38,830 nt of DNA from positions 1 through 38,830 of the forward strand of contig JAKSPQ010000002.1 of assembly GCA_024404665.1 (NCBI GenBank), in the 5' to 3' direction. The translations under genes were made by a program, and so were the position numbers. This DNA comes from Clostridia bacterium (GTDB taxonomy: Bacteria; Bacillota; Clostridia; Oscillospirales; CAG-272). Below, piece after piece: positions 17,284 through 24,929 of the stretch. Within the stretch, counting starts at the first letter, position 1. Every line of letters begins with the position of its first letter. Under the pieces are notes generated by a model. It was not told the origin of the DNA, did not search any database, and saw nothing but the letters and a program-made list of their open reading frames with translations.

Positions 17284-17961
17284 TTAATGCCCGGCGTATT
17301 CCGCAAGGGCTTTTTCTTTTTCTATGATGTATGAGGCCGCCTCGTTGATTTTGGCAAACGAAGGCCTTTCGCCGCAGAAGGCGGCAAGGTCTATCGGCTC
17401 TCCGAATACGGCTTTGACTCTGCCGAAGGGCTTTTTCCTTTCGGTGAGGAGCACCGGAAGCACGGGAACGCCTGCCTTCAGCGCCATAAGGACCATGCCG
17501 GATTTGAAGCCTCCGATCGGGTTGCCCTCCGTGTCGATATGTCCTTCCGGGAACATTGCCACGGCGCAGCCCTCACCGAGCCTGTCGGTAATCTGTCTGA
17601 ATGAATCCATGCCGAAGTTTTCCCTGTCCACGGGAATTGTAAGAAAGCTTCTGAACCAGAAGGCTGATGTGCGCGATGCCCAGAACTCCTTCATGCAGAC
17701 GAATCTCAGCCTTCTTTCGGGAATGAGCATCATGAGGTCTATGGGATCGGAAAAGCCTATGTGATTGGATACAATCAGCATTCCACCGCGAAAATCCGGC
17801 TTTTTTCCGGCGTATATTCTTTTGGGCCTGAAAATAATGAGGCCCGGAGCAGCGCTTATACGTATCAGGTCGTAAAGCAGATATCCGAATGAGAGCACGG
17901 GAGCTTTCTTGGGCTTTGCCCCGTTTTTTTCACCGCTTTTGCTGTTATTGGTTTCAGGCAT
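17284..17961 (-). CDS. PlsC-family (LPLAT) acyltransferase, copy 2.
   Basis: The HX4D motif is SNHIGFSD and the FPEG motif is MFPEGH. Confidence 0.85.
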   Translation of the reverse strand: MPETNNSKSGEKNGAKPKKAPVLSFGYLLYDLIRISAAPGLIIFRPKRIYAGKKPDFRGGMLIVSNHIGFSDPIDLMMLIPERRLRFVCMKEFWASRTSAFWFRSFLTIPVDRENFGMDSFRQITDRLGEGCAVAMFPEGHIDTEGNPIGGFKSGMVLMALKAGVPVLPVLLTERKKPFGRVKAVFGEPIDLAAFCGERPSFAKINEAASYIIEKEKALAEYAGH

Positions 17962-17982
17962 GTTGTCTTTTCCGTTTCATGT

Positions 17983-18618
17983 TTATTCGGCCTCGGTAAG
18001 GGGGCGGAGCTCCGAGACTAGGTCTTTAAGCTTTGCGCTCACCAGCCGGAGATTTTCGGCGTCGCCCGCGGATTCATCGGCGAGATCCGCTGCGAATACG
18101 GGTGTTCCTATCGCAACTCTCGCGCGCTTTCTTCCGAAGTACGAGCCGTTTGTGTAGACGGGTATAACCGGCGCTCCTGTGGCCAGAGCCAGCGCCGCGG
18201 CTCCGGACCTGAATTCAAGCGGACGTTCCTCTTCCTTCCGGGGGATTCTTCCCTCGGGGAAAATCAGGACGGTTCCGCCGTCGGAGATAACGTCCGCGCA
18301 TTCGTCGAGGCCGGCAAGCGTATGCGAGTTTCTGTCGATTTTTATTCCGCCCATTGCCTTCAGGAACGCTCCGAGCGGCTGCTTTTCGAACAGAACCTCC
18401 GCCATGGGAACCCTGAGAGTTCTGCCGTAAAAGACGAAGATCCATACCGCGTAATCGTAAACCGAGGTATGATTGGATACTATGATTGCCGGCCCGCGTA
18501 TGCCCCTGCCCTGAACCGCGCGGTCTTTGTACGAGACCTTGGTTCTGAAGCAGCAGTACTGAACGGGGAAGCCCGTGACCTTTGCGAAGCCGTTTAAAAA
18601 TCTAATCAAGCTTTTCAA
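17983..18618 (-). CDS. PlsC-family (LPLAT) acyltransferase, copy 1.
   Basis: The HX4D motif is SNHTSVYD and the FPEG motif is IFPEGRI. The start is uncertain: a TTG at 18618 with a weak RBS, overlapping the upstream gene by 17 nt. Confidence 0.8.
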   Translation of the reverse strand: MKSLIRFLNGFAKVTGFPVQYCCFRTKVSYKDRAVQGRGIRGPAIIVSNHTSVYDYAVWIFVFYGRTLRVPMAEVLFEKQPLGAFLKAMGGIKIDRNSHTLAGLDECADVISDGGTVLIFPEGRIPRKEEERPLEFRSGAAALALATGAPVIPVYTNGSYFGRKRARVAIGTPVFAADLADESAGDAENLRLVSAKLKDLVSELRPLTEAE

Positions 18619-20560
18619 GTGATTTTTCCGAGTATTCGTAGATTTCTTTTATTGTGGACAGTCCGTCCGCGGAAGGAGGAAAGGCTATTCCCAGCTCTTC
18701 TCCCAGAAGAGCGGTAAGGGCGGCATATTCGAAGCTTGAGCCTCCGCAGTCCGTAAAGAAGTCCGCGGTGTCCGACGCTTCTCCGGAGAGGCGCAGCACG
18801 GACATGAATGCTTCCCTGATTTTTTCGTAGAGCACCGGATTTCCGGCCTCCGTACGGACGGTGCCGAAGGAGAATCTTTCGAGAGCTCCCGACGATATGT
18901 TTCCGGCAATCTTTTTGCGGTTCAGCTTGAAATCGCCGTCTCCGATAAGCTGCGACGGTGTTACGAACACCTCCGCTATCAGGCCCGAAAGACCTGCCGA
19001 GGCAATTCTGCCGTTTACTGCATCGCGGATTTTTTCTACAGCCTCCGCGGTAAGATATCTGCCGACGGAAACCGCGAGCACGGGAACCGTGCCGCCGTTT
19101 CGCTTAACTCCGCAGAGACAGACGGACGAGGCTCCGAGACCGTCAAAGAGAGGCTCGATGATGTTGGGGTTCAGGTTTTCTCCGCCGGGACCGATGACGA
19201 GCTCGTCGCTGCGGCCGAGAACGTACAGCCTGCCGCTTTCATCGATGCGGGCAAGGTCGCGCGTGTCAAAGTCCCGCGGAAGCGGGACAGATGCGCCGTC
19301 GGAGACCGTATAGGCCGCTTTTGAAATTCCTGAGGAAATCAGAGTTCCTTCGGCATTCACCGAGTATGCGGCGGACGGCAGAGGGATTCCGGCGGAGCCG
19401 CTGCACAGTGTGTCAAACCGGTTCGAAAGCTCGACCGAGGTTATTCCGGTCTCAGTCATTCCGTACCCGTTCGCAAGCCTGTAGCCTATTCCGTTGAAGA
19501 ATTCGAGAACGTCCCGGCCTATGCCGGCGCCTCCCGTAATCATGAAGCTTATGCTCTCTCCGAACAGCTTCTCCCTGACTTCACGGAAGGCCTTTTTGCG
19601 GAATGCTGCGGAAAGAACGGGGATAAAATCAAGCTTTTTCGCTATTCCGAGTCCTTTTTCGAACCTTGCGGCGGTTTTTTCGCCTCTCGCCTCTATTTCC
19701 TTCATTGCGGCGGAGTATGTCTTTTCCCAGAAGAGCGGGACCGCGAAAATGTGTGTCACGCCGTGTCTCTTTATTGTGTCGGTGACGGTTGACGGCGAGA
19801 GATCCCCGAGCTTTACGAAGGTCCTGGAATAAAACGCGAACCACATGTAAACCGCCGTAAGGCCGAAAATGTGGCAGAAGGGAAGAAGCGCAAGGAGCTT
19901 GAGCTCTCCGCGGAAGTGCCGTTTCATGAGCCGGCTTTTCCTGATTATTTCCGCGCTGTCAAGAAGCTGGGCCTTTATCTGCGACGCTGTGTAGGCACAG
20001 CACTTTACGCTGAACGAGGTTCCGGACGACATTACGAGTATTGCGCTTCCGAACGGACTGCCTTCCGGGAGCTCCGAAGGAGAGCCGATGCCGTCAGCCG
20101 TGACGGTTTCGCAACCGTCAAAGCGTACTGCTTCCAGAGGGACGGTTCCGTCCGTGATTATCGCCTTTACGCCGATGCCGCGAATCGCCTTTTCAAGCAC
20201 GGGAACTCCGAGCCTCGTGTTTATGAGTAGAGGCTTAAAGCCCGCCCGAAGCGTTGCCCAGAGGAGCTCGATGAACAGCGGACCGTTTTCGGCTGCAATT
20301 CCGATTACGGAATCCGCCGGAAGGGAAGCAAAGCGCCCGGCAATCATGCATGACAGCTCAAGAGCTTTTGCGTAAGCTTCTCCGTAGGTGGTTTTCGCTA
20401 TGCGGTATCCCCGGCTTTCCTCCCAGAGAATATTTTCCTTCTCGGCGAACATGAGAGGGAATATGTCGTCAAAGCGTTCTCCGGTGTTCTTCAAAAGGGT
20501 CAGCCTATGTTTTACAAAGCTGTTTATATTGCCGTACCCTCCGAGATTTTTAAGCCGCAT
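18602..20560 (-). CDS. AMP-binding ligase fused to a C-terminal carrier (thiolation) domain.
   Basis: GYGMTETG, ...TRDLARIDESGRLYVLGRSDE...GGENLNP, then a C-terminal FFTDCGGSSFEYAAL (GGxS phosphopantetheine motif). AAGGAG lies 7 nt before the ATG. The gene ends with TAG. Confidence 0.85.
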   Translation of the reverse strand: MRLKNLGGYGNINSFVKHRLTLLKNTGERFDDIFPLMFAEKENILWEESRGYRIAKTTYGEAYAKALELSCMIAGRFASLPADSVIGIAAENGPLFIELLWATLRAGFKPLLINTRLGVPVLEKAIRGIGVKAIITDGTVPLEAVRFDGCETVTADGIGSPSELPEGSPFGSAILVMSSGTSFSVKCCAYTASQIKAQLLDSAEIIRKSRLMKRHFRGELKLLALLPFCHIFGLTAVYMWFAFYSRTFVKLGDLSPSTVTDTIKRHGVTHIFAVPLFWEKTYSAAMKEIEARGEKTAARFEKGLGIAKKLDFIPVLSAAFRKKAFREVREKLFGESISFMITGGAGIGRDVLEFFNGIGYRLANGYGMTETGITSVELSNRFDTLCSGSAGIPLPSAAYSVNAEGTLISSGISKAAYTVSDGASVPLPRDFDTRDLARIDESGRLYVLGRSDELVIGPGGENLNPNIIEPLFDGLGASSVCLCGVKRNGGTVPVLAVSVGRYLTAEAVEKIRDAVNGRIASAGLSGLIAEVFVTPSQLIGDGDFKLNRKKIAGNISSGALERFSFGTVRTEAGNPVLYEKIREAFMSVLRLSGEASDTADFFTDCGGSSFEYAALTALLGEELGIAFPPSADGLSTIKEIYEYSEKSLEKLD

Positions 20561-20714
20561 GGGGTTGCTCCTTAAATTAATCTAAATTATATCTTGAAAT
20601 ATTGACATATATAATTATTATATCACAAAACCGTCGGGACCGCAACAAAAAACGGTGATTTATGCATTTTTCTTTTCTTTTTTTGATTTTTTGTCAAAAG
20701 TTTGGAGAAACCAC

Positions 20715-20743
20715 TTGCGAATGGCCGCTTTTTGTGGTATACT
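20715..20743 (+). promoter_or_regulatory. Sigma-A-type promoter for asnA.
   Basis: TTGCGA, a 17-nt spacer, then TATACT with an extended -10 element (TGgTATACT). It lies about 75 nt upstream of the asnA ATG. Confidence 0.55.
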
Positions 20744-20818
20744 TTATCCGAAAAATGGATAAAACCGCTGAAATACGGTCTTTTTTGTTTTATTTAACAA
20801 GTATCGGAGATAAGAAAA

Positions 20819-21826
20819 ATGGCAATCTACATACCCGAGGGCTATAAGTCAGGGCTGACCGCCAGACAAACCCAGATAGCTATCAAAAAAATAAAGGACT
20901 TCTTTCAGACGGATCTGGCAAATCAGCTCAACCTCCGCCGCGTGTCCGCTCCGCTGTTCGTAAGCCGCGCATCGGGCCTCAACGACGGACTCAACGGCTG
21001 GGAGCGCCCCGTCGGCTTTGATATTAGCGACATTCCCGGAGAGGACTTTGAGATTGTACAGTCTTTGGCAAAGTGGAAGAGAATGGCTCTCGGACGCTAC
21101 GGCTTTGCCGTCGGCGAAGGTCTGTATACCGACATGAACGCCATCAGGCGCGACGAGGAAACCGACAATATCCATTCCGTTTTCGTTGACCAGTGGGACT
21201 GGGAAAAGGTTATAGCCAAGAGCGACAGAACCCGCGAAACGCTTCACACTACCGTAAAATACATCTATGACGCGCTCCGTCAGACGGAAAACTACATCGC
21301 CGACGATTACGGCTTTATCGGACACCTCCTTCCCGAGAAGGTAACCTTTGTTACCTCGCGCGAGCTTGAGGAGAAATATCCCGACAAGACACCCAAGGAG
21401 CGCGAATATATCGCGGCTAAGGAATACGGAGCCATCTTCCTCGAGCAGATCGGCGGAGCCCTGAAAAACGGCAAGCCCCACGACGGCCGCGCCCCCGACT
21501 ACGACGACTGGGAGCTCAACGGAGATCTCATGGTTTACTATCCGATCCTCGATATGGCACTCGAGCTCTCGAGCATGGGTATCCGCGTAGACGAGGATGC
21601 TCTTCTCCGTCAGCTGGCAATCGCAGGCTGCCCCGAAAAGGCTGAACTGCCATTCCACAAGGCTCTGCTGAACGGTGAACTGCCTTACACCATCGGCGGC
21701 GGAATCGGACAGTCGAGAATGTGCATGTTCTTCCTTCACAAGTGCCACATCGGCGAGGTACAGGCATCGTGCTGGCCGGCGGACGTGGTTGCCGCCTGCA
21801 GGGAAAAGGGAGTATTTCTTCTGTAA
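20819..21826 (+). CDS. asnA: Aspartate--ammonia ligase (asparagine synthetase A).
   Basis: SLAKWKRMALGRYGF..GEGLYTDMNAIRRDE...HSVFVDQWDWEKVI is collinear with E. coli AsnA. 335 aa. Confidence 0.9.
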   Translation: MAIYIPEGYKSGLTARQTQIAIKKIKDFFQTDLANQLNLRRVSAPLFVSRASGLNDGLNGWERPVGFDISDIPGEDFEIVQSLAKWKRMALGRYGFAVGEGLYTDMNAIRRDEETDNIHSVFVDQWDWEKVIAKSDRTRETLHTTVKYIYDALRQTENYIADDYGFIGHLLPEKVTFVTSRELEEKYPDKTPKEREYIAAKEYGAIFLEQIGGALKNGKPHDGRAPDYDDWELNGDLMVYYPILDMALELSSMGIRVDEDALLRQLAIAGCPEKAELPFHKALLNGELPYTIGGGIGQSRMCMFFLHKCHIGEVQASCWPADVVAACREKGVFLL

Positions 21827-21836
21827 TAAAAAACAC

Positions 21837-21870
21837 GTCGGAAGGCTCCGGGCCTTCCGACTGTTTTTTA
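21837..21870 (+). terminator. Bidirectional intrinsic terminator between the convergent asnA and DtxR-family genes.
   Basis: GTCGGAAGGC-tccgg-GCCTTCCGAC (10-bp GC-rich stem), followed by TGTTTTTTA and preceded by AATAAAAAACA. Confidence 0.8.
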
Positions 21871-22236
21871 TGCTCCGATATGCTTTTTTATCGCTTCGTA
21901 TGATTCGTCGCTTATATCGTGCTCCATCTTGCAGGCGTCAGCCGCAGCGTTTTCCCTGCCGACTCCGAGTCCGACAAGAAACTCCGTCAGAGTGCGGTGC
22001 CTGTCGTAAATCTTTTCGGCAAGCTCGCGGCCCGAGCCCGTAAGAGCTATGTAGCCCTCGCTGTCTATAATGATGAACCTGCCCTCGCGCAGCTTCTTCA
22101 TCGCACGGCTGACAGCCGGCTTTGAAAAGCCCATATACTCAACGACGTCTATGGACCTTATGAGATCCTGCTTGTCCGAAAGTATCAGGATAGTTTCCAG
22201 ATACATTTCTCCGGATTCCATCAGTGTATCGTTCAT
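21868..22236 (-). CDS. DtxR/MntR-family metal-dependent transcriptional repressor (short form, no SH3-like domain).
   Basis: GEMYLETILIL......IRSIDVVEYMGFSKPAVSRAMKKL...G.I........I.LT..G...A..IY.RH..L..FL is the DtxR N-terminal HTH and dimerisation pattern. Confidence 0.8.
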   Translation of the reverse strand: MNDTLMESGEMYLETILILSDKQDLIRSIDVVEYMGFSKPAVSRAMKKLREGRFIIIDSEGYIALTGSGRELAEKIYDRHRTLTEFLVGLGVGRENAAADACKMEHDISDESYEAIKKHIGA

Positions 22237-23006
22237 TTTCCGGTATCCTCCGTTTCTTCGTCGGTCATTTCGAGAGGCAGCCTTGAAACCTTTCTGAAGC
22301 CGTCGATCTCTCCCCTCAGTATTGCGCCGAAAATTCTGTGCCTCAGTCCCCTGTGTTCGCGGTCGAGCCTTGCGAGGAGCTGCTTCATTTCCTCGCGCTC
22401 CGTGTTTCCGTCAGCGGGACAGGTGGTTTTTACCACCGGAAGCCCCGCTTTTGAGGCAAAATATCTGACATCCTTTTCGGGCATATACACAAGAGGCCTT
22501 ATTACGGTGATCCCGCACCTTGAAAGATAGGTCACCGGTCTGAAGGTTCCTATCCTGCCTTCAAAGAACAGATTAAGCATGAAGGTCTCCACCACATCGT
22601 CGAAATGATGTCCCAGAGCCACCTTGCTGCAGCCGGCACGGATCGCTGCGTCATTCAGGGCACCGCGGCGCATCTTGGCGCAGAGCGAGCAGGGATTCTG
22701 CTCCTTACGGACGTCGAATACTATTTTCGAGATGTCCGTTTTGTGTATGATGTATTCCACGCCGAGCGATTCGCACAGCGCGGAAACGCCGGAAAAGTCC
22801 ATTCCTTCGAGTCCCATGTCTACGGTAATCGCCTTTACCGTGAAGTGCTTAGGATAAAAGCGTGACAGGGCAGAGAGCGCCACGAGAGTCGTCAGAGAGT
22901 CCTTGCCGCCGGATATTCCCACGGCGATGACGTCCCCCTCCTTTATCATTTCATAGTCCTCGACCGCTCTGCGTGTGTAGCTTAACAGTCTTCTTGTATC
23001 AGCCAT
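22233..23006 (-). CDS. PP-loop ATPase of the TtcA type (tRNA 2-thiocytidine-like sulfurtransferase).
   Basis: PP-loop VGISGGKDS, PCSLCAKMRRG and a second Cys pair (TTCPADG). The ATG at 23006 overlaps the upstream stop (ATGGCTGA). The 3' end overlaps the DtxR-like start (ATGA). Confidence 0.7.
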   Translation of the reverse strand: MADTRRLLSYTRRAVEDYEMIKEGDVIAVGISGGKDSLTTLVALSALSRFYPKHFTVKAITVDMGLEGMDFSGVSALCESLGVEYIIHKTDISKIVFDVRKEQNPCSLCAKMRRGALNDAAIRAGCSKVALGHHFDDVVETFMLNLFFEGRIGTFRPVTYLSRCGITVIRPLVYMPEKDVRYFASKAGLPVVKTTCPADGNTEREEMKQLLARLDREHRGLRHRIFGAILRGEIDGFRKVSRLPLEMTDEETEDTGK

Positions 23007-23700
23007 TGAACAGAATGTCCTCCAGATTCTCAGGTGTTTCGAGATAATGAACGGCAAGTCTGCGCATCGTTTTTTTCGTCGATGCGGCTGCCGCGGCCCA
23101 GCCTGCGAAGGCGAAGGCGCTGCCTGCGGCCATAGCCATATCGTATCCGGGCTTCAGGTCGTCCACCACCAGAATGTCCGACGTGCTGCAGCCAAAGCGG
23201 GCTGCCATATCCTCGAGAGGCCACGGCGAGGGCTTCCTTTTCAGCGGGTTGTCGTCCCATGCATATATGACGTCCGGTACGCAGCCGAAATGAATTTTCC
23301 AGTCTCTTTCAATATTTGCGGCATAGGAGTGCGATACCACGCAGATTTTGCCTCCTGCCCCGAACTGCTTTTCTATTATGCTTTTCAGCCCCTCTACCGG
23401 AGACGGAACCGTGCTTTTTACGTATTTCTGCCAGGTGTTTACCTCGATGACCATCTCGTCTTCGTTGAATTTCAGTATTTTCCTGCACAGGTCGTCAAAG
23501 CCCGGCTCATAGCAGAGCTCCATGAACTCGTCGTATGAATATCTGACGTCCGGACGAAGAAGCGAGAGAGTTTCCTGAAAGGCGGGCCAGTTTACCTCGG
23601 GGGTGGAATGAACGGTTGTGTCGTCGTGGTCAAGAGCCAGTATTTTGTATTCAGTCTTAAGCTTGCACATTTCAGTCACCGTTTTAAGCGTCGCCGGCAT
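22999..23700 (-). CDS. HAD-superfamily hydrolase.
   Basis: Motif I is ILALDHDDTTV and the late motif is VVDDLKPG.DMA..AG. Confidence 0.65.
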   Translation of the reverse strand: MPATLKTVTEMCKLKTEYKILALDHDDTTVHSTPEVNWPAFQETLSLLRPDVRYSYDEFMELCYEPGFDDLCRKILKFNEDEMVIEVNTWQKYVKSTVPSPVEGLKSIIEKQFGAGGKICVVSHSYAANIERDWKIHFGCVPDVIYAWDDNPLKRKPSPWPLEDMAARFGCSTSDILVVDDLKPGYDMAMAAGSAFAFAGWAAAAASTKKTMRRLAVHYLETPENLEDILFNG

Positions 23701-24493
23701 TTCCGTTTCCGCCGGCTTTTTTTATATCGGAAAAGGAGAGCGTCTCATAAACGGACGCAGCTTTTTCGGTCATTGTCCTTCTGCCGCTTCCGTCGGGAAC
23801 TTCAAAAATAAAAAAGGGCGGCAGTGCCTCGAGTCCCGGAGCTCCTCCGAGCAGTCCTTCGGTCAGAACGAGCGTCGGGGCGGACCGGGTATCAGGGTAA
23901 ATCATCATCATTCTTTTGGGCTCGATGGAGCTTTCCCGCATCGCGGCGAAAAGATCCGGCAGCCTTCCGGGACGGAAGACGCAGTAGAATGAGCCCCTGT
24001 AGTTGAGAAGACGGGCGGCTGCGGCGCAGAAATCATCGATTCCGCCGTGATTCTCATGCCTTGCATCATCCGCGACGGTATCGCTGCTGCGGGTTCCGGG
24101 GTGAGATATGTACGGCGGATTTGCCACAACCGCTCCGAATCTTCCGCCGATGTCGTCATCGGTGTGCTTCAGGGTGCGTATGTCGCGGTTGACCACCTTA
24201 ACAAGACCGTCGAGACGGTTGAGCTTTACCCCGCGCGACGCGGCATCCGCAGACTCCCTGCGAAGCTCCGCCGCAAGCGTGAACCCTGATTTTCCGTATG
24301 CGGCAAGCAGGAAGGAAATCACTCCGGTTCCGCATCCGAGCTCGCAGATTCTTGCCGCAGGACGGACAAAGGATGCGAGAAGCCAGGCGTCTGTTCCCCA
24401 GGAGAGTCCCGCGCCGGAATCTATTATATTGATTTTGCCCGCAGCCGAAAGCTTTTCGCCCTCACGCAGGAGCGCTCCGATGTCGGAATCCAT
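23684..24493 (-). CDS. SAM-dependent N6-adenine-type methyltransferase, YabB/TrmN6-like.
   Basis: SAM motif ELGCGTGVISFLLA and catalytic motif NPPY (VVANPPYISH). GGGAGG lies 6 nt before the ATG. Its position relative to holB and ricT matches B. subtilis yabB. Confidence 0.7.
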   Translation of the reverse strand: MDSDIGALLREGEKLSAAGKINIIDSGAGLSWGTDAWLLASFVRPAARICELGCGTGVISFLLAAYGKSGFTLAAELRRESADAASRGVKLNRLDGLVKVVNRDIRTLKHTDDDIGGRFGAVVANPPYISHPGTRSSDTVADDARHENHGGIDDFCAAAARLLNYRGSFYCVFRPGRLPDLFAAMRESSIEPKRMMMIYPDTRSAPTLVLTEGLLGGAPGLEALPPFFIFEVPDGSGRRTMTEKAASVYETLSFSDIKKAGGNGNAGDA

Positions 24494-24535
24494 GCCGTGA
24501 CCTCCCGATTATGTAAAAAATAACTGCCCAAATAA

Positions 24536-24573
24536 GGGGTTGTCAAAAAGTCAGAGACTTTTTTGACAACCCC
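24536..24573 (-). terminator. Intrinsic terminator hairpin after the ferredoxin gene.
   Basis: GGGGTTGTCAAAAAGTC-aga-GACTTTTTTGACAACCCC forms a 17-bp stem with one bulge. Flanks are T-rich on both strands. Confidence 0.65.
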
Positions 24574-24594
24574 GATTTTAGTTTTTTGAAGGAA

Positions 24595-24840
<246 letters not shown>

Positions 24841-24852
24841 CTATGCACATAT

Positions 24853-24897
24853 ATTTTATCACATTTTTCGCGAAATTCAATAGTTTTTCGCGAAAAA
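24853..24897 (-). promoter_or_regulatory. Ferredoxin promoter with two TTTCGCGAAA palindromes.
   Basis: On the minus strand: TTGAAT (24880..24875), a 16-nt spacer, then TGaTAAAAT (24861..24853). The palindromes are tttcgcgaaa (24866-24875) and tttttcgcgaaaaa (24884-24897). Their centres are 20 bp apart. Confidence 0.55.
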
Positions 24898-24929
24898 AAT
24901 GATGATTTATAAAAGTTTTTTTGTTTGTA

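Noticed and set aside
20744-20818. A T-box or attenuator in the asnA leader.
   Set aside because: The leader is only about 75 nt, far too short for a T-box. The only hairpin (ACCG-ctgaaata-CGGT followed by a T-run) has a 4-bp core stem.
20849-21748. A 299-aa ORF lying antisense inside asnA.
   Set aside because: It is a shadow ORF of a GC-rich, well-supported gene. AsnA motifs are on the plus strand. The ORF has no RBS and its composition does not look protein-like.
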